Positions 1 to 10,313 are shown, numbered from the stretch's first letter. The stretch is DNA of 21,118 bases from Tubiluchus corallicola (GCA_030141605.1 JAQGDQ010001920.1:1-21118); one strand, 5' to 3'. The notes: generated from the sequence alone by a model not told the origin. Numbers and translations are program-made.

Positions 1-656
1 GCTTGAATATAATTCTTTATTTAAAATTTAAAATTATACACATATACAAATATTTACATAAAATACATACAGTGACCCTCTATTTGCAGGGAATGGTTAA
101 AAAACTTTGAAAATAAAATAGCTGTTACATTCGTAAGGCTTTTATACCAGGAAATCACGGATTTCGTAGCTCAAAATAATGTAAAAGAACAACTAAAATT
201 ATACAGCACCAGTTTACACAAAACGACCTGTATAAATTAAAAGTGACTAGAAACAGAAAAATTAGATGTCTACAGATTTGTTCTGTTACGCAAAGTTTAA
301 TGTTTTACACTAAAGTTTGTAAAAACGAATCACAAACTAACTCAGTGAAAGCATCTAGCAGGAAGGTAAGAAACTCGGATTTTTTTTCCAGGAATAAGGG
401 TCGGGCCATTTCACCGCCTTACAAAGGTCTAGAGACGAGGATTTTTCATATTTAATGATTACGCTATTAAATTCACGTCACGCATCATGTCGAACCTAAT
501 CCATTTAAAATGGTCTAGTTTTTGTATTTGTTCGCACAGTATTAGCTTTACAAAAAAACGGGGTAAACAGTGTGAACACCCTTAATTTAAGGAATTACTT
601 CTGAAATTTATGTCACAAATAAAGACACTAAAGAGATTCATTGATTCTCGGTACTA

Positions 657-840
657 ATTTCATTTCAATTCAATTTTAATTTATTTATCTCCTTATAATG
701 CTACAATAAAACATGATTAATAAAAGAATCTCTAATAAGTTTTGAAGAATGGTTAAAATGTATAGATAGATTTAGAACTAGAGAAAGGATAGCGAAAAGA
801 CTATAAAGTCACCTAGTCTGCTATCCTCATATTTCATTTC
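657..840 (-). mobile_element. 5'-truncated non-LTR retrotransposon 3' end (L2/Crack/CR1-like), including TSDs
   Basis: A 10-bp direct repeat ATTTCATTTC lies at 657-666 and 831-840. The minus strand has a stem-loop (AGGATAGC 786-793 / GCTATCCT 820-827, inner AGACTA/TAGTCT), then AAATAAA and an (ATTGA)-like tail. Clade is inferred from this 3'-end layout. Confidence 0.6.
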
Positions 841-1534
841 TCCAGTGATAGTGAAAAAATGCGTCTGTGTACGACTCACAATGGCGAAATTAGTCACATT
901 TTGAAACAAACTAAGGAAAGTCTGGAAAGTTCGGCTTATTTGAGCGTTCGCGAAAAATGTTACAAGGATTTAGTAATAAAATTGCAATAAGTGTCTCGTG
1001 TAATTAGTAAGGGTCGCGATCACTTCCTGCTTGGGTGCTCCCATTTTGAATGTCCAGCTTCTTCCAATGACGTCATTCGTCTTGGAGAAAAGTAGCGCAC
1101 TGTCAATCTTCATCAAAAGTATAATAAGTTTTTACAAAAAAATTAGATATCTAATTTTGTAGTACTTTTGCGTGAACATTAGGTAAGCTGCAGACATTTG
1201 AATTAGTTTAAGCAATTTGCACTTAGTCGCGAAGTCTCCCAGTTATGTCATGATTTTCAAGTGAATGGTGGCAACCACAATGCCTGAAAATTTTTATACA
1301 AAGGCAGCATAGATTAACTTTATGCTTCATTGGCAGTCTTAGTGCAAATTTTTTGTTGTATTTTTTCAAGTTTAAGTGATAACAGTAAAACAAGCTCAAT
1401 ATACAGAGTGATGTGTTCTTTCTTTTAAAACAAACCGTACCGCTGAATTAAATTCACATCTTTTTGTTACCTATCGTTGCACGTCGTGGATTCATTCTCA
1501 CTGCCAGACTCTAATTTTCACGTCGTACCTTTAG

Positions 1535-1695
1535 CTTTGCAAACTTCACAAGAGACGACCAATCGACTCGAACAGCAATTTGATGAAGCTGAACGTCGAG
1601 CTCAAGAGTTGGAGGATGAGAGGCGTCTGTTGGAGGAGCGACGAAGGGAAGCAGAGGAGGCCGCCTTTTTGGAAAAAGAAGAGAAGCAGAGACTG
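1535..1695 (+). CDS. ERM: ERM (ezrin/radixin/moesin) protein, internal exon, alpha-helical coiled-coil region; earlier exons lie upstream of the window
   Basis: Acceptor ccttTAG (AG 1533-1534, phase 1) and donor CTG/GTTTGT (GT 1696). Encodes xLQTSQETTNRLEQQFDEAERRAQELEDERRLLEERRREAEEAAFLEKEEKQRL and joins in frame to the next exon. Confidence 0.85.
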
Positions 1696-1856
1696 GTTTG
1701 TACCATAAACATAATTGTTTCACCTTTTGCAGAGAGTGGTTTGTACCGTACACATAATTGTTTCGCCTTTTGCAGAGACTGGTTTGTACTGTACACATAA
1801 TTGTTTCGCCTTTTCCACAGACTGGTTTGTACCGTACACATAATTGTTTCGCCTTT
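1686..1856 (+). repeat. 43-bp tandem repeat x4 spanning the exon/intron junction
   Basis: Unit CAGAGACTGGTTTGTACCGTACACATAATTGTTTCGCCTTTTG starts at 1687, 1730, 1773 and 1816. Confidence 0.92.
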
Positions 1857-1865
1857 GGTACTTTT

Positions 1866-2416
1866 TTAATGCTGATATGGTTTTAAAATTCGTGCCTTGA
1901 CACACACATTGTACACGTGTTTTGATTACTTGATTTTCGTCACCTAATGGTCTTGAATAGCGCAGTTGAACTAAGCGGCAACATAACATGATGCACAACT
2001 GATTTTGCAAAAAGGAGTAAATTTTCGGCACCCATCTAAATTAGTTTTTTAAAATGTGTAAAATTTCTGCTAATTTGTAAGCTAAATACCATTTTATTCT
2101 ACCAACTTCTGCATTCTCTGAATGCGAAGCACATTACCTGCTATGAACATTTACGATGTGCATTTGAAAGGATGTGCTCATTTCTCCTGATCTCCAAAAA
2201 TTTGCAATTCTGATAAAAGGGATGTCAGAGGATTTTAAAAAAATGCAGGCTGATCCTAGATACATCAGCAGCAGCACTCGTACTTTTTTGAAAGACTTGG
2301 GTTAGTAAAAAAAAAATTTGAACAGTATGCAAAAAAAGCCGAGAAGTTTGCTTGTATGACGCGAGATACGCAGGAATTCGGTGTGTATCGTTAGCCGAGA
2401 AAAATGTTATCATTAA
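1866..2416. mobile_element. possible degenerate TTAA-flanked MITE (Kolobok/piggyBac-like)
   Basis: Left end TTAATGCTGATAT matches the reverse complement of the right end, TTAATGATAACAT, at 10/13. TTAA is present at both ends. Weak evidence. Confidence 0.25.
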
Positions 2417-2423
2417 GCTTATT

Positions 2424-2977
2424 AGTCATAAGTCATAAGTCATTTATTTCACATTACACATTTACAATGGTTTCATGTACAATATCTAGTGAAAGGGCCT
2501 ACAATAAACGCAATACAAATAAGAAATACTGCACAGGAAAAGCCTGAAACACTGTTCACCTATATACGAAGGTAAATGTGTTGCGGGCAATCAGGGCTTG
2601 TTAGATTGTCCCACACAGTGAAAGAAAAAAAAGTAATGGAAATAATCTGAAAATTTGAAGTGAATCATGTGATAAAAAAACATTAGTGCTTAAAACGGAA
2701 TGATGTAATGAATGAAGCTCATATATGAGATGATATAAAAGATAAAAAGACTATTATTTGTTAAGAGTATGTAAAATTAAGATAACTTGATTAAGATAAT
2801 ACCACTGTTTTGCCACCACTGTGAGGATGGATACAGATAGAAGTTTTGATTACTCACTGATACTTACTTAAAATTTGATTTTTTAGCATTTTTTTAAATC
2901 TAGTAATAGATCTGCTATATTTATTCACAAAGTAGTTTGATTTATTTTCACTAGCATAGATTTTAAAACTTTCCCAA
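2424..2977 (-). mobile_element. 5'-truncated L2/Crack-like LINE remnant (ORF2 C-terminus, 3' UTR and tail)
   Basis: The minus-strand ORF ends FW...SITRFKKMLKNQILSKYQ*, an L2-type ORF2 C-terminal pattern. It is followed by AAATAAA and a (TGACTTA)x3 tail at 2424-2443. The 5' boundary is approximate. Confidence 0.65.
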
Positions 2978-3050
2978 AATGTGTATATTAATACTGCTTG
3001 CTCTAAGAGAGACATATTATATAGAGTTAAACCCTTCAATATTTGTACAG

Positions 3051-3149
3051 TTACATGAAGCAGAAGAGGCTCAGAGAGCTATCATGGAAAAAGAGGACGA
3101 AATGAGGCGGGCTGCCGAGGACAGACGGAAACTTAACGAAGATTTGCAG
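3051..3149 (+). CDS. ERM: ERM protein, internal exon (coiled coil)
   Basis: Acceptor atttgtaCAG (ends 3050) and donor CAG/GTGAAA (GT 3150). 99 nt, phase 0-0, encoding LHEAEEAQRAIMEKEDEMRRAAEDRRKLNEDLQ. Confidence 0.88.
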
Positions 3150-3367
3150 GTGAAACCGATTACTAATTAACAATCAAATACCTGACGAGTTTCTGATTAA
3201 CCTGTAGAAGGTCTGAAGATTTTCATTTTTGTTGCATCCAAAAGCCGTTTTTAAGCAAATGACTTATTCTGACGTTAAAATTTTTTTCCTACCGTAAATG
3301 TAGGCAGAATACCTGATACACACCGTAAGTTATAACATGTTGCAAGTGCCATCCTATGAATGGTGTA

Positions 3368-3754
3368 CAGGGCCTATTTCAGCCTAGGCGAGGCCCGGGG
3401 AAGTGGGGCATGTGAAGCCCTTTCGGGGGGTGGGGTGGCGAAGCGCCAGGGGGCGGGCACTACCATGGTTGGCGCCCAGACAATTTTTGAACTGCTAGAA
3501 CGTTGGAGAAGCATTTTCGGAGAGAAAATATGGAGTTATACAGTTGTTAAAGGAAAGAACAATTGAAAGAAAAACTGCTTTATTCTCAATACCAGTCCTT
3601 AATACTTGTCAATACTGGCAAACGGCGCGCGTGCGGCAAGAGAGATGAGGCAGTATGTTCGCATTTAGCAAAAAATGTTACCCTGGCATGATGCCCCCCT
3701 GGAGGGTGAGGCCCCGGGGAAGTATCCCCAATTCCCCCCTTGAAATAGGCCCTG
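3368..3754 (+). mobile_element. hAT-type MITE, family A copy 1 (387 bp)
   Basis: Perfect 14-bp TIRs CAGGGCCTATTTCA / TGAAATAGGCCCTG and a perfect 8-bp TSD ATGGTGTA (3360-3367, 3755-3762). A homologous copy lies at 14754-14992. Confidence 0.93.
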
Positions 3755-4469
3755 ATGGTGTATGAGAGAAGGTACAACTTATCATCCTTGAACCACTCTC
3801 CAAAGTTCCTTTTATGCATTTATGCACTACTTGTGTGTTTTTTAGTTTATTATTAACACATTCAGTACAATATAAATGTGGATGCGCCCAGTCCAGGCAA
3901 AGAAACGGCAAAAATCAGTATTGAACTGTGCGATGGACCTGCAATTTATTAAAATAACAGATCACAAAAAGTGCTTAAGAACGTGCTAAAGCTTATTACT
4001 ATTTAGACAAAATGAAAAGTTAGATTTAAGAAGACTAAAACACAAATTATTACTTCATGATTCTAGAGATTTGAAGCAATTCTAACCAATTTAAACTATT
4101 AACTAATTATTAAAGTAGATGGTGACTTACATTTACTGGTGACAACTTTGGCTTGAAAATACAACTAGTGTCTGTTAAATTGTAACAAAATAGACAAAGC
4201 AATGCAAGTATCATCAAACGGCATGATCAGCATAGCGGCAACAGAAAATGTAACTACATGTAAGAACAAGTGTGACTGATAGGTGGCGTATACTACTAAA
4301 GCTTAGGTCACATGACTAAGGCTGGCTTCGTTTTAAACAGTTTCAGGAAATGCATGTTTGTAAAAATGCGAAAAGAAAACAAATAATTATAGAATGCTAG
4401 ATTAAATTGTTTGACACCAACATTAACATTAAAATGACAGTGACATTAAAGTTGTTACTCACATACTGT

Positions 4470-4900
4470 ATTAAATTTTTATGTTTCATACTCTATCATT
4501 ATCATGAAAGAATAATTGTACTGCAGTGGGCTAGAGAAGCAAAGGCTTGTATAAGCCCACTGTCATGTGAACCCGATAAAAAAAGAATGGATGAGTGAAC
4601 AAAAAAAAAGAACTGGGAGAAAGGTTAGATCATACAGGAAGGGTAGAAGGATGTGTTAATGGAAATGGTAGGAAGAAAGATAATAGATTGCGCTATGTTG
4701 ATGTCAGCTCTAAAGACTTATCAATGATGCCTTGTTTTGCATAATCTGTACCAGGATTGTGGCATGACTGCTGCAGTAGGTGTGGGAAATTAGGAAGTGT
4801 TGTACTTGTTGTGTGACAATGTTCCGAAATTTTATACGTTTTAAGTTAAAGAATCTTTCCTTTTCTTAACTGGCAGACACTTTAAAGAGGTTTTAAACGT
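4470..4900 (-). mobile_element. 5'-truncated L2/Crack-like LINE remnant
   Basis: The minus strand 4900-4841 reads TFKTSLKCLPVKKRKDSLT* (FKxxLK terminal motif). A pyrimidine-rich 3' UTR and a stem-loop follow (CAGTGGGCT 4524-4532 / AGCCCACTG 4554-4562). The left boundary is approximate and no TSD was found. Confidence 0.5.
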
Positions 4901-4912
4901 GATTGTGTTTAG

Positions 4913-5063
4913 GAAGCTCGTCGGCAACAAGAGGAAGCAGCGGCAGAGATGCTGCGCATTTCACAGCAACCCAAGGAGCCGCCGCTGGTGCTTTATGAAC
5001 ACGAGACTCGCACGCAGCAGAGTTACGATGCTCACACACCTAATGGTGGCCCAATGAGCACGC
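4913..5063 (+). CDS. ERM: ERM protein, internal exon (end of helical region and linker)
   Basis: Acceptor gtgttTAG (AG 4911-4912) and donor GC/GTGAGT (GT 5064). Phase 0-1, encoding EARRQQEEAAAEMLRISQQPKEPPLVLYEHETRTQQSYDAHTPNGGPMST. Confidence 0.88.
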
Positions 5064-6576
5064 GTGAGTAACAGCTTTGCTAATTGTTTTTTCTTCCCCT
5101 AAGTTGCTACTCTGCATTTCGTTGTAAACTGCACAGTAGTTGTTGTCATAAACAGCACAGATGAACACTGCAGTTTATGATCACGCTTATCACGGTACCG
5201 CGCCTATTTGTCGGCCACGTGAATGTGACAAAAAGGTGCCGTTGCCAGTCTTAATAGATTCACTGAGTCGCGCGTAGCTTTGAAAGTTTAACAAAATTTG
5301 AGTATCCGAGGTAATTATTATTTAATCTAAGCTTTTCCTCTAATCATCCGGTTTTCCTTTAAGAACATAATCAGTTGCCACTTTTTTAAACGTTTAATTT
5401 ATAGTTGCATCGAATTCTTCGACTTCTTTGCTTTAAAAAATTCTACCTTCATAATTCTGCACTACACATGTGCCAGAAATTGCTTAAATCTTGATATTAT
5501 TTTTTACCAACGTTGCTTCCGTTTTTTTATTCATTGTCATTCTTATCATCAAAGCACAGTAAAAACCCTTCATAAACATAAAGCTTAAAAAATTCGTTTT
5601 GAAATTTTATATCACTTACGTACTGCCTTTTTGCGTGCAGGACTTCAATCGGCAGTCACGCTGTATAAAACATGTAAATTTAAACTCCCGCGATGACCGT
5701 TAGATGCAGCCATTTTCACGACAGGTCATTTGAAACAAGTTTAGATAACATTGTGTGAAGTTTGAAAAAATAATCAGGGCTTTCGTAGTGCACAAGTCTC
5801 TGACTAAGTAAAATTTAAAATTACTGTATCTTGCCAATAAGATTAAGAATACGTTTTTTGGTTAGTGAGTGGTGCACCCTGTAGGGTGAGTCAGCGACAT
5901 TTTACCAATTGGGGAAAACATTTTAAATAATTAATAATTTTCTTTTCTAGTTACATAAGTCTTTCTAGCAGGTAAGCGAAAATGTAATTAATATAGATTT
6001 GCACGGAAAGTCTTTTGAGACAATTTAACATTGCCTTTTCTTCCCTTGGTTGACGTTTGGTACATGACGTCATGTAATGGCGACTTCGGAATAGTATTGG
6101 GAGAGATTTAAAATGAAAACAAACTAAAATTCCTTTCAGTGTGAGTAAGATATACGCATAAAATTACTATAAAGTAGTATAATTTTATAAGGCGATTTTT
6201 CTGAAACCTACTTCAGGTACCCCTTTTCTTGTCCTTTAAGGATTAATCTGTGTTGTACTTATCCAAATTTTAGTCAGTTGTTAAGTGCATGTTTGCTTTT
6301 AGAAATATTAGTTATGCTTTATACTTATAATATGCTTATTTATGATTGTTGTACGATGCGTTACAGGCAGTTTGTACAGGCACATACGTGTTGTACAGGC
6401 AGCAGCAGAACTCTTTTCGAATTCATTTCTGATTTACTATGTGTACAGTATAGGGGTAACTATCGTGTTTTATGTGTAATCTCATCTCAGACACAATTAC
6501 TGCCTCTTTCTTGCAGACGCATAAAACATCGTCATCATCTTCGTGTACTTACGGACCAAGATATTTGTTGTTTTCA

Positions 6577-6578
<2 letters not shown>

Positions 6579-6644
<66 letters not shown>
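6579..6644 (+). repeat. (CT)33 microsatellite
   Basis: Read directly; a perfect dinucleotide run. Confidence 0.97.
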
Positions 6645-6646
<2 letters not shown>

Positions 6647-6722
6647 ATGTATTAGATTGAAATGATTCATTGTATACCTGCAAAAAGAGATTAATAAAAG
6701 AGTTATAATAATAATAATAATA
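6580..6722 (+). mobile_element. short retrotransposed insertion (LINE/SINE 3' end) with a 17-bp TSD that includes the ERM splice acceptor
   Basis: Direct repeat ATTTGTTGTTTTCAGGC at 6563-6579 and 6723-6739. The insert ends with AATAAA (6693-6698) and a (TAA)n tail (~6706-6722). Confidence 0.75.
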
Positions 6723-6737
6723 ATTTGTTGTTTTCAG

Positions 6738-6844
6738 GCATTGAAATCCAGATGACGCACGATGACGATGTCAATCTGCCGCGTCCGGAAGAATCCCGCG
6801 TTACAGCCGTTGATAAGAGTGAACGCCTTCAGCACCAGCTTAAG
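6738..6844 (+). CDS. ERM: ERM protein, penultimate exon (start of C-ERMAD)
   Basis: Acceptor ttgttttCAG (AG 6736-6737) and donor AAG/GTGTGA (GT 6845). Phase 1-0, encoding (R)IEIQMTHDDDVNLPRPEESRVTAVDKSERLQHQLK, which matches the ERM motif R-x-EE-x-R-x-T-x-x-x-K-x-E-R-x-Q-x-Q-L. Confidence 0.92.
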
Positions 6845-7148
6845 GTGTGAAACATGCTTTACCATTTATTAGTTAGTCACTGTTTCGTGTCCAAGAAGTT
6901 GTATTTTAGTTTAATTAAAATTGGCACAGAATTTTACTATACTGCTTATATGAAATTAAAGGAAAACCAGATAGTTTTTCTCATCGTCCCATTTTGAATT
7001 GCTGTGAAAATGCAAATTTTAACACCTATAAAATGTCAGAGCTGAAACAAACTATAAAATAATTTTTTATTATAAGTAATTTTTGAGTTTACTTCAACTT
7101 TTGAGCCATCTATCTTATTAATGTTAGAATCATTGCTAAAGTGTACCT

Positions 7149-8578
7149 GGTCTATCAGGGTCGCAAACCCGGAACCTAAAGTTACGGACCCTGCACCTAA
7201 AGTAAAAACAATGTCTCGCTGGTGTCAGGGTCGCAAACCCGGAACCTAAAGTTACAGACCCTGCACCTAAAGAAAAAACAATGTCTCGCTGGGTCTGTCA
7301 GGGTCGCAGACCCGGAACCTAAAGTTACAGACCCTGCACCTAAAGTAAAAACAATATCTCGCTGGTGTCAGGGTCGCAGACCCGGAACCTAAAGTTACAG
7401 ACCCTGCACCTAAAGAAAAAACAATGTCTCGCTGGTGTCAGGGTCGCAAACCCGGAACCTAAAGTTACAGACCCTGCACCTAAAGTAAAAACAATATCTC
7501 GCTGGTGTCAGGGTCGCAAACCCGGAACCTAAAGTTACAGACCCTGCACCTAAAGAAAAAACAATGTCTCGCTGGTGTCAGGGTCGCAAACCCGGAACCT
7601 AAAGTTACAGACCCTGCACCTAAAGAAAAAACAATATCTCGCTGGTGTCAGGGTCGCAAACCCGGAACCTAAAGTTACAGACCCTGCACCTAAAGAAAAA
7701 ACAATGTCTCGCTGGGTCTGTCAGGGTCGCAGACCCGGAACCTAAAGTTACAGACCCTGCACCTAAAGAAAAACAATGTCTCGCTGGGTCTGTCGGGGTC
7801 GCAGACCCGGAACCTAAAGTTACAGACCCTGCACCTAAAGAAAAACAATGTCTCGCTGGTGTCAGGGTCGCAAACCCGAACCTAAAGTTACAGACCCTGC
7901 ACCTAAAGAAAAACAATATCTCGCTGGGTCTGTCAGGGTCGCAAACCCGAACCTAAAGTTACAGACCCTGCACCTAAAGAAAAACAATGTCTCGCTGGTG
8001 TCAGGGTCGCAAACCCGGAACCTAAAGTTACAGACCCTGCACCTAAAGAAAAACAATGTCTCGCTGGGTCTGTCAGGGTCGCAGACCCGGAACCTAAAGT
8101 TACAGACCCTGCACCTAAAGAAAAATAATATCTCGCTGGGTCTGTCGGGGTCGCAAACCCGGAACCTAAAGTTACAGACCCTGCACCTAAAGAAAAAATA
8201 ATATCTCGCTGGGTCTGTCAGGGTCGCAAACCCGGAACCTAAAGTTACAGACCCTGCACCTAAAGTAAAAACAATATCTCGCTGGTGTCAGGGTCGCAAA
8301 CCCGGAACCTAAAGTTACAGACCCTGCACCTAAAGAAAAAACAATATCTCGCTGGTGTCAGGGTCGCAAACCCGGAACCTAAAGCTACAGACCCTGCACC
8401 TAAAGAAAAAACAATATCTCGCTGGGTCTGTCAGGGTCGCAGACCCGGGACCTAAAGTTACAGACCCTGCACCTAAAGAAAAAACAATGTCTCGCTGGGT
8501 CTGTCAGGGTCGCAGACCCAGAACCTAAAGTTACAGACCCTCCACCTAAAGTAAAAACAATATCTCGCGGGGTCGCAT
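7149..8578 (+). repeat. minisatellite, ~70-73-bp unit, about 20 copies
   Basis: Unit TCAGGGTCGCAAACCCGGAACCTAAAGTTACAGACCCTGCACCTAAAGAAAAAACAATRTCTCGCTGG(GTC)TG, first starts at 7155, 7225 and 7298. It has internal inverted motifs CAGGGTC/GACCCTG. Confidence 0.96.
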
Positions 8579-9139
8579 ACTTAGTTTTCTCACCATTTAA
8601 ACATCTATAAGCCAATCCGTAACACGTGTTAGTAGCACAATTTCCGTCTTTCAGGCAACTAAACTGAACTGTAGATGATAACAATGGATACAACTGTTGC
8701 AACTGTTGTTGTTGCAACTTTTCAGGAAAAAAACGAAAACGTTTCTTGAGAAGTTGTGCACAATAATAACGAGCTAACTCATTTTATCGCCTAATAACTT
8801 ATTTTACTTTAGACTTGAAAAGTTAGGTGTAACAAAATTTAACTGTAATTAGTTTGCATGAGCCGCGTGATTGTCTTTGGCAGAAGTGGATCAATCATGT
8901 AAATTAAAAGCCAGTACACCTTGCTGTATTTTGTTAGCTCAGTGATTCCTCGTGGTTAAACAGTTTGAATAGGCCAAGACTTATACTGTGTAAAGTATAA
9001 AACCCAGTGGATGAAAACTAGTTAATTCACTGATTAAAAAGCAATTGCTGTTTTTAAATTAACACCTAAGTTTTGTATCCTTAATGACGAAAAACGGCTT
9101 ACTAAACTGATCTTTTTTCGATCATTAAATGTCTCAGAA

Positions 9140-9601
9140 AGCCTAAAATCAAGGAAAATATAAGCCCTGGTCCTCACTGGGGTAGCTTACAGCACTCTCC
9201 CAGACCTCCTAGCTGTAGCCTAAAATCATGGAAAATATAAGCCCTGGTCCTCACTGGGGTAGCTTACAACACTCTCCCAGACCTCCTAGCTGTAGCCTAA
9301 AATCATGGAAAATATAAGCCCTGGTCCTCACTGGGGTAGCTTACAACACTCTCCCAGACCTCCTAGCTGTAGCCTAAAATCAAGGAAAATATAAGCCCTG
9401 GTCCTCACAGGGCCAGCTTACAACACTCTCCCAGACCTCCTAGCTATAGCCTAAAATCAAGGAAAATATAAGCCCTGGTCCTCACTGGGGCAGCTTACAG
9501 CACTGTCCCAAACCTCCTAGCTGTAGCCTAAAATCAAGGAAAATATAAGCCCCGGACCCCACAGGGGCAGCTTACAACACTCTCCCAGACCTCCTAGCTG
9601 T
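9140..9601 (+). repeat. minisatellite, 77-bp unit x6
   Basis: Unit GCCTAAAATCAAGGAAAATATAAGCCCTGGTCCTCACTGGGGTAGCTTACAACACTCTCCCAGACCTCCTAGCTGTA at 9141, 9218, 9295, 9372, 9449 and 9526. Confidence 0.96.
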
Positions 9602-9657
9602 TTCTTGTTCTGTTAGCCATGCGACCCCTTACCTAAATAAATACACTTTAAGCACTG

Positions 9658-10165
9658 GTTAGAATACAAAGGTGCAAAAGTTTCTATACTTTTCTATATA
9701 TCACTAACACTGGCCCTAGACTTTGGAATAACATCAATGAATACATAAAAAATTCTCTATCTATAAATAACTTCAGAAGAAATCTTAAAAGTGAAATCTT
9801 TTCTAATGATACAGAATAAATTAATTTGACTAATTACACTGCTGTCCCTGTCGGAATTCATCACGTTGCTGGCTATGTCAATTTTTACATTTCTATAGTT
9901 CGCATTACTTCATACAGATACCGTCACATCTTTCTCTTTCTTTCTATTCTCTATTAACCTTTCTTTCTACTCCTTTACTGCTCTTTTCTACTACACTCAG
10001 TCCACATTCATTTGGGGCGTTCTAAACAAGTAATTACTTCTTGAGTACCCCACGGGTCATTTGCAGCTTGGCATCTTGTGCACATAATAATAAATATGTT
10101 ATTAAATACTTTTATGTGCTATGCTGTAATGATTGTTGTTGATGTATTTAATAAGTAAATAAATA
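9658..10165 (+). mobile_element. L2/Crack-like LINE 3' remnant, interrupted by the hAT element (5' stub at ~7108-7130)
   Basis: 9712-9819 translates GPRLWNNINEYIKNSLSINNFRRNLKSEIFSNDTE*, the classic L2-type ORF2 end (GPxLWN...FKxxLK). A pyrimidine-rich UTR, a GGGG...CCCC stem-loop (10014-10051) and a TAAA tail near 10165 follow. Confidence 0.75.
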
Positions 10166-10313
10166 CCATCGAAAAAACTTTTGTGGTCTAAATTAGTTTT
10201 AATAAAAAGATAGTTTGGGTCACTTTAGTCTATTAGTTTGCCTTTTTTTAATGACAAAGTTACTTTCAATAGTTACGTTTGGCCGATGTAATAATCTTCT
10301 TTTACACTTGCAG

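Larger units (their letters stand above)
7131..9657. mobile_element. 2.5-kb non-autonomous hAT-type DNA transposon carrying two internal minisatellites
   Basis: Perfect 8-bp TSD GTTAGAAT at 7123-7130 and 9658-9665. Imperfect TIRs CATTGCT-AAAGTGTA / TACACTTTAAGCACTG. Inverted subterminal motif GGGTCGCA (left) / TGCGACCC (9620-9627). No transposase ORF is visible. Confidence 0.82.

Noticed and set aside
587-1430. Kolobok-like MITE hosting the 657-840 insertion
   Set aside because: TTAA ends and suggestive internal motifs exist, but I could not find matching TIRs.
3360-3566. Duplicated small protein (similar ORF at 14851-15048, minus strand)
   Set aside because: The similarity comes from two copies of the same non-coding MITE.
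5359-6240. DNA transposon remnants (CACCCTGTA Tc1/mariner-like end near 5876-5884; CCTTTAA ends)
   Set aside because: These are solo ends with no partner TIR or TSD in the window.
6489-6562. Extra exon from the acceptor-like sites at 6490 or 6516
   Set aside because: The 6516 AG gives an immediate in-frame TAA after the phase-1 junction. The 6490 AG is open but has no clear donor and runs into the CT tract and stop. It cannot be supported without transcripts.
6278-6660. ORFs ending in (SL)n as independent genes
   Set aside because: The SL run is the (CT)n microsatellite and there is no recognisable domain.
7620-8717. ORFs of 64-117 aa in the ~71-bp minisatellite
   Set aside because: They are repeat translations with frequent frame changes, located inside an intronic transposon.
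7149-9601. CRISPR-like arrays (also considered for 15635-18944)
   Set aside because: The units are head-to-tail with no unique spacers, there are no cas genes, and the context is a spliceosomal intron-containing locus.
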